Positions 9,251 to 19,311 of a stretch of DNA of 43,896 nt are shown in pieces (the first letter of the stretch is position 1; every line of letters starts with the position of its first letter). Position numbers and translations under genes: made by a program. The DNA comes from an uncultured archaeon (GTDB lineage: Archaea; EX4484-52; JAADEF01). The notes beneath the pieces were generated by a model that saw only the letters and a program-made list of their open reading frames with translations, had not been told where the DNA came from and did not search any database. The stretch lies in assembly GCA_964407715.1 (NCBI GenBank), contig CAYOWP010000010.1, positions 1 through 43,896 on the forward strand, read 5' to 3'.

Positions 9251-10303
9251 ATGTCAGAAAATGAAAAATTACAAGAGACTGCAGTTGTGATGAATGAGAA
9301 TAAGGAAGAGACAAAAAACTTAAGTGAGGTTAAAGAAATCACATCAAAAGAAGAAGAGAAAAAGGACATTGATAAGGTCGAGAAAGAAATAAAAGAATTC
9401 AAAGAGAAAATCAAAGCCCTTCCTGTTGAAGAACTTAAAGAACTTAAAAAAGGATTAGATGAAGAGCTAAATAAACTTATTGAAAAGTATGGGAAAGAGA
9501 GAATTGAAAAGTTTAACCAGCTTATTCTTGATGCAAGGAAATACAAAAAGACACGTGATAAAATAAATAAGAAAATAAAGCATCTAAAAGCAAAAAGAAG
9601 AAGGCTCAACAGAAAAGTCGCATTCTTGGAGAGGAAAATAAGAGAGAATGAAGATAAAATTAAGGTATTAGAAAAGGAGATAAAATTGAGATCAAGCAAT
9701 GTTGAAAATCTTATGAAAAGGTTGATTTCCAAAATAAAGAAGATGGATTGGTACTTACAAACAGAGCCTGTTTCTTTGAGGAAAGAGGAAGAGATTAGAA
9801 GAAAAATTGATGAACTTGAAGAGAAATTGATAGATATAAAGAGATATATAAGAATAAAGAGATTTCTTGAAAAGGATAAAAAGAACCTGCCTGAAATAAA
9901 GAAGATAGCTGATGAGATTCATAATGAGATTTCTCAATTAGCAAAGGAAAGCGAGATGAATCATAATAAGTTGATGGAGACAATGGATAATCTTAAAGCC
10001 ATGGAAAAGGACCTCAAGGAATACGTAGAAAAATCAAGGGTCATAAATTCAAAAATTGCGATATTATCTAATATATTAAATAAGCTCACTAAAAAGACAA
10101 AGGAAAAGGAAACCAAAAAAGAGAAAATCAAAAAACAAGAAAAGGCAGAGAAGATATCTGAGGAAGATAAAGAATTAATGAAAAAAGCAAAAGAGCTTTA
10201 TGAGGAATTTATGAAAGGGAAAAAATTGACAACAGAGGAGTTCATCATTATGCAGAAATATTATTTAGAGATGGAGGATAAGGAGAAAAAGGAGCATAGA
10301 TAA
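9251..10303 (+). CDS. Conserved archaeal coiled-coil protein (COG1340-like)
   Basis: Heptad K/E-rich throughout; LQT...S...E motif and C-terminal KAKELYEEFMKGKKLTTEE signature. Confidence 0.75.
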   Translation: MSENEKLQETAVVMNENKEETKNLSEVKEITSKEEEKKDIDKVEKEIKEFKEKIKALPVEELKELKKGLDEELNKLIEKYGKERIEKFNQLILDARKYKKTRDKINKKIKHLKAKRRRLNRKVAFLERKIRENEDKIKVLEKEIKLRSSNVENLMKRLISKIKKMDWYLQTEPVSLRKEEEIRRKIDELEEKLIDIKRYIRIKRFLEKDKKNLPEIKKIADEIHNEISQLAKESEMNHNKLMETMDNLKAMEKDLKEYVEKSRVINSKIAILSNILNKLTKKTKEKETKKEKIKKQEKAEKISEEDKELMKKAKELYEEFMKGKKLTTEEFIIMQKYYLEMEDKEKKEHR

Positions 10304-10311
10304 AAAGATAC

Positions 10312-11769
10312 GTGAAAATTATGAAACCACAAGAGGAGGAGTTGTTAGATGGAGATTATGAGATAGTAGATCCTGATAAGGAGGATGTCATATTATTTGC
10401 GGATTTTGGAAGAAGAGGCTTAGAGAGAAGTACTGAAAAGATAAGAAAAATAAAAAACACTCAAAAGCTATGTGCATATGGTGTGCTTGGAAGTGTTAGA
10501 GGGATATCAATACTTATAAGAAATGTGTTGGCATTTGAAAACATCAGAAATATATATCTTATTGGAAACGATATCAAACCTTTCTTTTCATTTACCGCTA
10601 TGGAATTATTAGTAAAAAATGGGATTGATGAAAATAAGAGAATCATAGGTTTTAGGGAATACATAAAATCAAAATATGATATGTATCCCATCATTGATAA
10701 TGTTGAATTAGATAATAAAATAATAAATTGGTTCAGGAAATACATTAGAGTGATAAGGATGAGTTCACTTGAAGAGTATGATAGCAATGTTAAAGTTAAA
10801 AGAAATGAAAGTATGAAAGTGGATGCTGAGAGAAAAAAGATTGCATATAAAATCAGAAAACTTAATAAAGAGGAAAATACTTCGAAAAAAACATTAAAAC
10901 CAAAATCCTTTGATGTAATGGTGGGGACACATATATATGAAGAAACAATAGAGGAAGCACATAAGTTGGCTATGCTTCATATACTATTTTCTGGACATGA
11001 AACCGCATCGCAATATGGAAAAACAAAGGAAATCATAAATATGATGATTACTGTAAAGGATCCATATGAAGAGGTTCTTAGCAATTCGCTTTACTTAGAA
11101 TATGGAAAAGATCTCATATCTCCACAACTAAAATCCGATACCTACACCTATGGAAGACTATTATGTTCATATAATGGATTCAATCAAATAGAGAATATAA
11201 TAAATAGGTTGGAAAAGAATCTTGAGGATAGAGCATGCGTGGCATCCTTATGGATGCCATCTATACATCTAACACAAGAAACAGAGCAACCATGCTTAAA
11301 TTTAGTTCATGTGCTTTTGAGGAATAACAAGATAAATATTACAGCATATATAAGGAGCAATGATATGTATAAAGCATGGCCCACAAATGTTGCAGGTTTA
11401 TCTTATATAAACTATCATATTTGGAGCAGATTATCTGAGAAATATGAGGATCTCAAATTGGGATATGTAACTACAATAAGTGGCTCAGCACATATTTACG
11501 AGAGCGATTGGAATGATGCTCTCAAGATAGCACTTACATATGAAAAGGACTTTGTTCAGGATAAATTTGGATACTTCATACTTTCCATGGAAAATGGGAA
11601 ATATGTTGCTAAGATTTATGAGAATAATGGGAACATGATAGGGGTTTTGGAGGATGAATGTCCAGTAAGATTAAGAAAAACGCTTGTGAGATATTTTGCA
11701 ATAACACCAGAGCATGCAAGTTATATTGGAGAGGAGTTAAAAGCTCTAAACAAATTAAAGGAAAAATAA
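10312..11769 (+). CDS. thyA: Thymidylate synthase (ThyA-type) fused to an N-terminal MtrA-like and a C-terminal DUF4346-like domain
   Basis: YTYG.L, NQI, QPCL (catalytic Cys), RSNDM..AWPTN, SAHIYE; N-term GISILIRNVLA..NIR.I.LIG.D; C-term D..GYF...EHASYIGEEL. Confidence 0.8.
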   Translation: MKIMKPQEEELLDGDYEIVDPDKEDVILFADFGRRGLERSTEKIRKIKNTQKLCAYGVLGSVRGISILIRNVLAFENIRNIYLIGNDIKPFFSFTAMELLVKNGIDENKRIIGFREYIKSKYDMYPIIDNVELDNKIINWFRKYIRVIRMSSLEEYDSNVKVKRNESMKVDAERKKIAYKIRKLNKEENTSKKTLKPKSFDVMVGTHIYEETIEEAHKLAMLHILFSGHETASQYGKTKEIINMMITVKDPYEEVLSNSLYLEYGKDLISPQLKSDTYTYGRLLCSYNGFNQIENIINRLEKNLEDRACVASLWMPSIHLTQETEQPCLNLVHVLLRNNKINITAYIRSNDMYKAWPTNVAGLSYINYHIWSRLSEKYEDLKLGYVTTISGSAHIYESDWNDALKIALTYEKDFVQDKFGYFILSMENGKYVAKIYENNGNMIGVLEDECPVRLRKTLVRYFAITPEHASYIGEELKALNKLKEK

Positions 11770-11777
11770 TGCGCTTT

Positions 11778-12296
11778 TTATTCATTTCTTTTTCTTATAT
11801 ATACTGTTCTTAATCCACAAATCTCGCAGATATCTGAGGATGTCTCTCTATTGCAGGCTATACATATCCTTTTCCATTCATAATGCTCTTTAATTTTTGG
11901 TTTTGTTAATGAAAGCACATCAATAGATAATCGTGATGCTAAATCCTGTACAGAATAATCATCACTTACCAATACGACATTTTTATTTTTTTCTTTGAAC
12001 TCCAAAGATAGAGCGATTATGGAGATATCTGCATTTGTTAATTTGTGCTTGGTTTTATCAGATAATTTTTTTACTTTCTCAAAATATTCTCTTTTTGGTA
12101 ACATAATATGCAGATTCATGGATGATGCTCTATAAAAGTCCATCTTTGATGGAAGAGATTTCAATTCTTCCTCTATGAATGGTGTAGTAACTACAAGGAC
12201 ATCATTAAAGAGATATGAAAGATTATTTATGAATACATTGCTATCCAACACATATATTGTGTTATGTTTTTGGTCTTGGGAGTTCTTTTGTTGCAA
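11778..12296 (-). CDS. nob1: Nob1-family PIN endoribonuclease with Zn ribbon
   Basis: YVLDSN, LTNADISIIAL, SDDYSVQD, C-terminal CIAC...CEICG; start tentatively TTG 12296 after GGTGA. Confidence 0.85.
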   Translation of the reverse strand: MQQKNSQDQKHNTIYVLDSNVFINNLSYLFNDVLVVTTPFIEEELKSLPSKMDFYRASSMNLHIMLPKREYFEKVKKLSDKTKHKLTNADISIIALSLEFKEKNKNVVLVSDDYSVQDLASRLSIDVLSLTKPKIKEHYEWKRICIACNRETSSDICEICGLRTVYIRKRNE

Positions 12297-12936
12297 TACA
12301 ATCACCACATTCAACATATGTTGCGCAGATGTAGTAGTCAGAGGACAAAGCATATAGCGGGATCTCCATCATATAATAATCTCCTGAGATGTTTTTATTT
12401 GCTGTTAGTATTGAATGTAAGAATTTCTTAGTACATAATAATATTTTAATGTTTTTATTTATTGGGATTGGGCTATGTATGGTATAATATACTCTAAGAA
12501 GACATTCTTCTTCATCAGGTATATATACTCGCTTTGTCAAGTATGGAGATGAAACATAGATAGAAGCATTTACTTCCTTACACCCTTCTGAAAAAATAAA
12601 GGAGAAATTGTATGAATATAAATGAAATTCCCATAAAATGCCATATGATATAAATATTAAACCAATTAGTATTGCTGAGATAATCGCTAATTTCTTGTTA
12701 GTATTTTTATCCTTGATTCTCATTAAAAATGAGGATAACAAAATTAAAAGCCCTCCAATTAATAAGGAAATGCTTGTTCTCACATCATTAGAGAGCACTA
12801 TCGTACCTGCAACAAATAAATATAGAGATATGCATCTCAAAGAATATATCTTATTTTTGAATATGATCATTATCGCGATTCCTATCAATATCGCAGGAAG
12901 TAGTATAAAAAATACCGCATCTATTATATCGCTCAT
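12262..12936 (-). CDS. Hypothetical membrane protein (about 4 TM plus Cys-containing external domain)
   Basis: Four hydrophobic segments; start overlaps the upstream stop (ATGA). Confidence 0.7.
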   Translation of the reverse strand: MSDIIDAVFFILLPAILIGIAIMIIFKNKIYSLRCISLYLFVAGTIVLSNDVRTSISLLIGGLLILLSSFLMRIKDKNTNKKLAIISAILIGLIFISYGILWEFHLYSYNFSFIFSEGCKEVNASIYVSSPYLTKRVYIPDEEECLLRVYYTIHSPIPINKNIKILLCTKKFLHSILTANKNISGDYYMMEIPLYALSSDYYICATYVECGDCIATKELPRPKT

Positions 12937-13142
12937 TTGTTTACCTCCTTTTGTAGATTACTTATGAAGAGTATGAGTATAGCAGATAAGTACAATATTA
13001 TAGCTTTTATATAACTTGGAATAATCTTAAACATGTCCTCTACCAACACCAAAATTCCTATCAAAATCAGGAAAGTACCTGTGGCATAAAATATCTTCTC
13101 TATAATTTCCTTTTTTGATGTTTTTCTTTTTAAAAATTTCAT
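12933..13142 (-). CDS. Small 2-TM hypothetical protein
   Basis: Basic N-terminus and two hydrophobic segments; TTTAAATA TATA box upstream. Confidence 0.65.
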   Translation of the reverse strand: MKFLKRKTSKKEIIEKIFYATGTFLILIGILVLVEDMFKIIPSYIKAIILYLSAILILFISNLQKEVNK

Positions 13143-13196
13143 AATACTACATAAATCTCCATAATATATTTAAAAATTTTTTGTTTTATTTAACAA

Positions 13197-13423
13197 TGTT
13201 AAGCGGAAAAGCAACCTCTTAAAGAAGAGTATTAGAGCAGCAAACCTTGTAGAGCTAATGCGATTGTAAGAGCAAATTTTCTCGTTAACAAATCCTTATT
13301 AAAAAATTATTAGGCAATTTGTTAACGGGAAGCATAGCCCTATTCAAAAGGGTTAACTGCTCTCATGCGCTTCTTTGAGAGGTTATGTTTCTGCTTAACA
13401 ATAAAGAGTTATTGGACAATGCC
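13197..13423. mobile_element. MITE-like element (left TIR lost) with 94-bp and 81-bp units
   Basis: Right TIR TTATTGGACAATGCC ends at 13423; collinear in reverse orientation with 23544-23798 and 28641-28899. Confidence 0.8.
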
Positions 13424-13480
13424 TATGTTAACACAAAAAGAGTGAAATTATATATATCCTTATGCTCTTATAAGAATATT

Positions 13481-14632
13481 ATGGAAAACCGAAAATTCTT
13501 CTCAATAAGCATTCAGGTTTTGATAACGCTTATGCTTTTATATTCATTAGCTTTAGCTGTGGATGTGGATGTAACAAAGCCATGGCATTATCTCTCGCAA
13601 ATTGCAAAAAGCCGGTTTGATTTGACATCTATTGACTCGGACGAGAATGGAAGGATAGATGCAGGCATTATAGAAGACACATTACAAGACATAACAAACA
13701 ATGGAGCCACCACTACGCATACAATCAATGTAGGCGGATTAAACTCTGCTGGCGCTATTATTGCATCAGGTAACTTGAACATCGGTAGTGGAAAGTTATT
13801 TGTGGATGTTAGTACTGGAAGAGTTGGAATAGGAACAGCTTCACCAACAGCGAAGTTGGATGTGAAGGGAGATGTGAAAATCTCTGGCTCTATTACAGGA
13901 TCAGGAAATCTTAACATTGGTTCTGGAAAGTTATTTGTGGATGTTAGCACAGGTAAGGTAGGTATAGGAACAACATCTCCACATGGTAACCTTGGAATCA
14001 AACAAGGACATGGAGATTGGATTACATTAGAAAGAACTGCTGGTTCTGGATATTGGCATATTCACAATCCAAGTACTCAAGAAAGAATTGAAATTGGTTA
14101 TACTTCCGATAGCGGAACTACTCGATGGGGAATGTTTGTTATTAAAGATAATGGCAATGTTGGAATAGGAACAAATTCACCAACAGCAAAGTTGGATGTA
14201 AATGGAAATCTCAAAGTGAGAGGATTTACTTTAGAGCATCAGGGAGCAGATTTTGTATTGGGGACAAATGATGGTAGAAACAAAGGAAGCAAGACATCTC
14301 AAAGAGCCCTAGTTCATGGTGGTAACGATGAGTTAATAATTAATTATAATGGTGATTTTGAAGGTGGCGTAGTAGTGCAAGGTCCTAGCTTAAAAGTTAC
14401 AGGTTCATTATGCTTAAGTGATGGATGTAAGAGTAAGTGGAGTGAGATTGGTGGTGTAATAGACTTATATAGGGTATACACAGAAACAGGTGGAAGAACT
14501 ATGAATGCGGAAAGTATATGTAGATCAAAAGGATATGATGGATTTTGGGCAGGAATGGATAATGATGATGGAAGTGAATATATCATATGTTATAAAGTAC
14601 GTGAAGGAATCACTATAGTAAGACATTTCTAA
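13481..14632 (+). CDS. Secreted surface protein with tail-fibre-like G(N/R/K)VGIGT.SP repeats
   Basis: Sec-type signal peptide; three VGIGT(A/T/N)SP repeats, two followed by TAKLDV.G; TTATATAT about 30 nt upstream; the ORF-track start at 13385 lies inside the MITE. Confidence 0.8.
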   Translation: MENRKFFSISIQVLITLMLLYSLALAVDVDVTKPWHYLSQIAKSRFDLTSIDSDENGRIDAGIIEDTLQDITNNGATTTHTINVGGLNSAGAIIASGNLNIGSGKLFVDVSTGRVGIGTASPTAKLDVKGDVKISGSITGSGNLNIGSGKLFVDVSTGKVGIGTTSPHGNLGIKQGHGDWITLERTAGSGYWHIHNPSTQERIEIGYTSDSGTTRWGMFVIKDNGNVGIGTNSPTAKLDVNGNLKVRGFTLEHQGADFVLGTNDGRNKGSKTSQRALVHGGNDELIINYNGDFEGGVVVQGPSLKVTGSLCLSDGCKSKWSEIGGVIDLYRVYTETGGRTMNAESICRSKGYDGFWAGMDNDDGSEYIICYKVREGITIVRHF

Positions 14633-14667
14633 AACTATTTTAAAAAACATGAGCAAAGTTTAACCTT

Positions 14668-15807
14668 ATGGATTATGAGAATATCGAAGGAAAATCGAGT
14701 GTTGGGTATTTTTCTCGACCAATGTCTTTAGAGGAAGAAAATGAGTTTTTAAAGGAAACAGTAAATCACCTGAGAAGAGAACTTGAGAAATTTAAAAAAC
14801 CTCCATTAATTGTGGGTACTGTCATAGAGATACCAGATAAAGAGCATGCAATAGTGCAGATAAATACTGGAAGGTTCTATGTAAATGTGATAGATGAATT
14901 GAAGGGAAAATTGAGAGTGGATGATAAGGTTCTATTGGATCAGAGATCCCTTACAATAGTAAATGTCATAGGAAAAGATAAGCCATTTGATGTTTCAGGA
15001 TTTGTTGTTATAGAAAAACCAACCATTACATGGGAGGATATAGGAGGCTTGGAAGAACAAATAAGAGAGATAAGAGAGGTTATTGAATATCCATTACTTT
15101 ATCCAGAAAAATTCAAGAAATTAGGTATAGAACCACCAAAAGGAATACTGCTTTATGGACCACCTGGCACGGGAAAGACATTGCTTGCAAAGGCTGTAGC
15201 TCATCATAGCAATGCCACATTTATAGAAATAGTGGCATCTGAACTTGTACAAAAATACATTGGAGAGGGAAGTAAATTTGTGAAAAGCATCTTTGAATTG
15301 GCAAGAGAGAAAGCACCAAGCATTGTATTCATTGATGAGGTAGATGCAATAGCGGCAAAAAGAATAGAATTGGGCACAAGTGGAGAAAGAGAGGTGCAAA
15401 GAACCTTCATGCAGTTATTGGCAGAGATTGATGGATTTACTCCGTTAGGTGATGTGAAAATAATAGCGGCAACAAATAGATTAGATATTTTAGATCCTGC
15501 AATTACTAGACCTGGAAGATTGGATCGTATACTTTACATAGATAAGCCAAATATGGAGGGAAGATATGAGATCCTTAAGATACACACAAGAAATATGCCG
15601 TTAGCAAAAGATGTGAATCTAAGAGAATTGGCATCCTTAACAAAGGGCTTTGTAGGTGCAGATATAAAAGCCATGGTAACTGAAGCAGGGTATTTTGCAT
15701 TGAGAAATAACAGATCAAAAATAAAGATGGAAGATTTTATAAATGCATTAATGAAAATACGCAAAAAAAGAAAGGAGCATGAGACTGAGAAAACATATAT
15801 TTATTAA
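14668..15807 (+). CDS. pan: Proteasome-activating nucleotidase
   Basis: Coiled coil plus OB domain, DIGGL, GPPGTGKT, FIDEVD, REVQRT, AATNR, RPGR; C-terminal YIY (HbYX-like). Confidence 0.95.
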   Translation: MDYENIEGKSSVGYFSRPMSLEEENEFLKETVNHLRRELEKFKKPPLIVGTVIEIPDKEHAIVQINTGRFYVNVIDELKGKLRVDDKVLLDQRSLTIVNVIGKDKPFDVSGFVVIEKPTITWEDIGGLEEQIREIREVIEYPLLYPEKFKKLGIEPPKGILLYGPPGTGKTLLAKAVAHHSNATFIEIVASELVQKYIGEGSKFVKSIFELAREKAPSIVFIDEVDAIAAKRIELGTSGEREVQRTFMQLLAEIDGFTPLGDVKIIAATNRLDILDPAITRPGRLDRILYIDKPNMEGRYEILKIHTRNMPLAKDVNLRELASLTKGFVGADIKAMVTEAGYFALRNNRSKIKMEDFINALMKIRKKRKEHETEKTYIY

Positions 15808-15823
15808 GTGAGGTGTTATAATA

Positions 15824-16312
15824 ATGCTAAAACTAAAAGAGATCATAGAGGACTTAATGTGTGATGATGAGACATCAACTCTTCTGGAGAATTGTACGCT
15901 CATAAGTGCAGTAGGATTTTATGGAGATAAAGAAAACTTAGAGAAATGGGAATTAATATTTTATGATTTACTAAATGATAAGGCATATAAGATTGATGTG
16001 GATCACGAACTAAATTATAGAATATATGAATCCGAGCTCTTAGATAAAAGATTTAAGGATATCTTATTTGATGTCTCTTCAGATTTTATCGATGAGGATG
16101 AAGCACTACGTGTATCCTTTGACCATTATATGAGCCACTATAGAAATAAAGAGATAGAAAGTATGTTTATTGTGTTAAACACCTTAGATAACCTATGGCA
16201 TCTCAATCTTCTTACAAGATATTTATCTGTTATTCAGATATCCGTGGATTTATATAGTGGAGAGGTCAAGGATAGTAAAGAGGTGAATCTCATCCATGTT
16301 GAGAGAGAATAA
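15824..16312 (+). CDS. Hypothetical protein
   Basis: 162-aa ORF, GAGGTG RBS, in operon context between pan and the HAM1 gene. Confidence 0.75.
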   Translation: MLKLKEIIEDLMCDDETSTLLENCTLISAVGFYGDKENLEKWELIFYDLLNDKAYKIDVDHELNYRIYESELLDKRFKDILFDVSSDFIDEDEALRVSFDHYMSHYRNKEIESMFIVLNTLDNLWHLNLLTRYLSVIQISVDLYSGEVKDSKEVNLIHVERE

Positions 16313-16883
16313 TAAGAGGGAGATCTTCTTTGTGACCTCTAATGTTCATAAATTTGAAGAGGTTAAAGATATTCTTGGAGATGTATGTAAGCTTAGACAT
16401 CTAAATGTTCCTCTTTTGGAGATTCAATCAAAGAATTTTGAGAGTGTTGTGATTCACAAGCTCTCACAAGTAATTGCATTATATCCAGAGAGAGATATAA
16501 TAGTAGAAGATTCTGGAGTTATTATAGATGCGATGAGCAAGAGCATAGCATTTCCTGGGGTTTATTCCAAGGATATATTGGAATGTTTGGGATTAGAAAA
16601 TATCCTTTTGATAATGAGAAATGAAAATAGAAGAGGAGCAAAGATGGTTTGTTATGTGGGATATTATAATTCAAAGGAAAAGAGCATAAAAATATTTTCA
16701 GGAGAGGTAAAAGGTGAAATCTCAAGGGAAATTAGAGGAGAAAGAGGTTTTGGATATGACCCAATATTTGTCCCTTGTGGATATAAAAAAACATTTGCTG
16801 AGGATTATGACTTAAAAAAGAAAATCTCTCATAGATCCAAGGCGTTTAAAAAATTGAAAGAACATCTTGAGAAAAATATATAA
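16296..16883 (+). CDS. rdgB: Non-canonical purine NTP pyrophosphatase (RdgB/HAM1)
   Basis: TSN.HKFEE, EIQ, EDSG, FPGVYS, GFGYDPIF, SHRSKA. Confidence 0.93.
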   Translation: MLRENNKREIFFVTSNVHKFEEVKDILGDVCKLRHLNVPLLEIQSKNFESVVIHKLSQVIALYPERDIIVEDSGVIIDAMSKSIAFPGVYSKDILECLGLENILLIMRNENRRGAKMVCYVGYYNSKEKSIKIFSGEVKGEISREIRGERGFGYDPIFVPCGYKKTFAEDYDLKKKISHRSKAFKKLKEHLEKNI

Positions 16884-16927
16884 AATTTTAAATGGATTTA
16901 AATATTATGTTGATGTGGAAAGATAAC

Positions 16928-18421
16928 ATGATAGATAAGAAAGCACATCTTCTAATATTTTCATTTTTAGTATTTGTTGCTCTACCTCTCTCACATGCAG
17001 CCACCTCTCTCAACTCCTGCACCACAATCTCATCTCCAGGAGTTTATTATTTAACTTCTGACATCACTGATTCAAGCAGCACCTGCTTTACAATCTCTAC
17101 TTCTAACGTAACCTTGGATTGCCAAGGACATGTGATTGATGGTACTCAAGCCTCTGGTAGTTATGGCATATATGCCAGTGGCTCCTTAAGCAACATCACC
17201 ATAAGAAACTGCAAAATCCAAGAGTTTTATTATGGAATTTACTTCTATAATGGTGTTCATGATAGCAAGATAGAGAATGTGATAAGTAATGACAACAATG
17301 ATACTGGTATCTTACTTTCCTCTTCCTCATATAATACACTCTCCAATATCACTGCTAACGATAATGACAACTACTTTGGTATTAAGCTTGATCATTCCCT
17401 ATATAATATACTTCATAACATTATTGCCAATAACAATGGATATGGTGGTATAACACTCGATTATTCATCAAATAATACATTAATAAACGTCACTGCAAAT
17501 AATAACAAAGGCACAGATGGAGGTATCTTTCTTGATTATTCCTCGTATAATACATTAATAAACATCACTGCAAATAATAACACTGTAGGGATATACATTT
17601 GGGACGATTGTGAGAATAACATTCTAGCAAATTCTACTTTTCTATATAACAATTATGGGATATCAATAGGTTCAGGAGGGGGAAATAATATTATTTACAA
17701 TAACATTTTTAATGGTACAAAGGATAGCTTCATCTTTATGGATTTTCCACCCAACCAATGGAACACCTCCCTACAACTTGGCCCAAACATAGTGGGGAGA
17801 CCTTTCATAGGAGGAAATGTGTATGCTACTCCTTCAGGAGATGGATACTCGCAAACTTGCGATGATGCGAATCATGATGGGATATGCGATTCTCCATATA
17901 CATTAGCATCAGGAAATGTGGATTATTATCCTCTAGCGTTATCAAAGACATATCCTTTAAATCCAAAAATCTATGTGGGAGAGCAATTGGCATGGAAATA
18001 TGACGGATTCTTTACTAAAAGCGCAAAGATAGATATAACTCCTTACATACTTAATTATATCAACAATAATTGTTCTGGAACATTACCATGTACAATTCCA
18101 ATAACATATAAAGCAGATTCTCGTGGAGGTATTAATATTGTTGGGGATATCATATATAGAGGATATGTGGTAAGGGTCGAGAACATACTCTTTGAGAATG
18201 CAGGAATAAAGAACATAACTATCTATAGCAATGATTATAAGAAAGTATGCTATACAAATCTCTCAAAGATATATGTTTTACCTCCTGGAGGAATAGGCAT
18301 TTTCAGGATACCTTGCGATATACTGTGCAATAACATAAAAGACATAATAGTTGAAACCACGTGTGGTGTAAAGGATAAGCTATCAAGTCATCCTGCAAGG
18401 GATGAGATTTTGAGGTGTTAA
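16928..18421 (+). CDS. Secreted parallel beta-helix (NosD/CASH-like) surface protein
   Basis: Signal peptide; CTTISSPGVYYLTSD, TLDCQGH.IDG, repeated S.N.L.NITANNN..GI, IGGNVY, DGICD.PY, DYYPL; start after TTTAAATA. Confidence 0.85.
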   Translation: MIDKKAHLLIFSFLVFVALPLSHAATSLNSCTTISSPGVYYLTSDITDSSSTCFTISTSNVTLDCQGHVIDGTQASGSYGIYASGSLSNITIRNCKIQEFYYGIYFYNGVHDSKIENVISNDNNDTGILLSSSSYNTLSNITANDNDNYFGIKLDHSLYNILHNIIANNNGYGGITLDYSSNNTLINVTANNNKGTDGGIFLDYSSYNTLINITANNNTVGIYIWDDCENNILANSTFLYNNYGISIGSGGGNNIIYNNIFNGTKDSFIFMDFPPNQWNTSLQLGPNIVGRPFIGGNVYATPSGDGYSQTCDDANHDGICDSPYTLASGNVDYYPLALSKTYPLNPKIYVGEQLAWKYDGFFTKSAKIDITPYILNYINNNCSGTLPCTIPITYKADSRGGINIVGDIIYRGYVVRVENILFENAGIKNITIYSNDYKKVCYTNLSKIYVLPPGGIGIFRIPCDILCNNIKDIIVETTCGVKDKLSSHPARDEILRC

Positions 18422-18999
18422 AGCAAAATACTTAGAAGATCTTTTACTGCTTCCAATATTTTTCCCTCTTTATTTTTGACAATATCAACTGTAGCCCCAG
18501 TAACCATAGAATATGATGCGGCCATATATCTATTGTATATCTGATGTAAATTAATTCTTTCCAAAGGTTCTGTATCTCTTTTTCTATTGTTATCTCTTTT
18601 TCTTCTTGCATATATCTCCTCAGGAGCTGCCTCTATAAGCACGATTCCTGTTGGTTCCAGTTCTTCAAGTACCCAAATAGGTAATCCTGGCATATATCCT
18701 TTTGGTGTTTTTATGGTTATGTGAGTATCTAAAATTATGTTCTCTTCATAAGACATTGAAGCTATTTTTTTTGCTGCTAATCTTTGGATGTTCCTTTGTT
18801 CATTTAATGGTAATTTACGCATCTCATCTCTGTGAGTTACTAAATTCTCGTTCTTGGCAATCTCAAACATTATATCTCCAAAATTTATAACCCTGTAATT
18901 TTTCCCCCTTTCACTTGCCATCTTTATTGCTTCCTCAAGAACTGTTGTCTTTCCGACTCCTGATATTCCTGCTATAATAATCAATTCCTTTTTTGACAT
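18418..18999 (-). CDS. adkA: Archaeal adenylate kinase
   Basis: GISGVGKTT, NFGDIM, RDEMRKL, DTH, GYMPGLP, RR.RD..R.RD. Confidence 0.95.
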   Translation of the reverse strand: MSKKELIIIAGISGVGKTTVLEEAIKMASERGKNYRVINFGDIMFEIAKNENLVTHRDEMRKLPLNEQRNIQRLAAKKIASMSYEENIILDTHITIKTPKGYMPGLPIWVLEELEPTGIVLIEAAPEEIYARRKRDNNRKRDTEPLERINLHQIYNRYMAASYSMVTGATVDIVKNKEGKILEAVKDLLSILL

Positions 19000-19034
19000 A
19001 GATACTCACCTAATCCCTTAATTCCATAGAGCCT

Positions 19035-19310
19035 CTACCTAGATTGTGAAACTAACACAGCCACAACAATCCATAAGAAACTTCCAGCCATAAATAATAC
19101 AAATGAAAGAACAATAGAAAACCAGAAACTAAATGCAGTAGTGCCATATACCCATTCTACATGACCAGCTAACCACGAGGCTATAAAAATAAAGATATTT
19201 CCTAAGAACCATAAAAATATCAATTTTACCTCATTCACTTCCTCTTTATATTGAGAAACAATCTCTATATCCTCATGCTTCTTATTAATATTTCGCATCC
19301 AAATTACCAC
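19035..19310 (-). CDS. Small 2-TM hypothetical protein
   Basis: Two hydrophobic segments; tightly packed after the ferredoxin gene. Confidence 0.7.
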   Translation of the reverse strand: MVIWMRNINKKHEDIEIVSQYKEEVNEVKLIFLWFLGNIFIFIASWLAGHVEWVYGTTAFSFWFSIVLSFVLFMAGSFLWIVVAVLVSQSR

Positions 19311-19311
19311 C

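Noticed and set aside
13385-13480. N-terminal extension of the 415-aa ORF
   Set aside because: The start lies inside the MITE; a TATA box and signal peptide support ATG 13481
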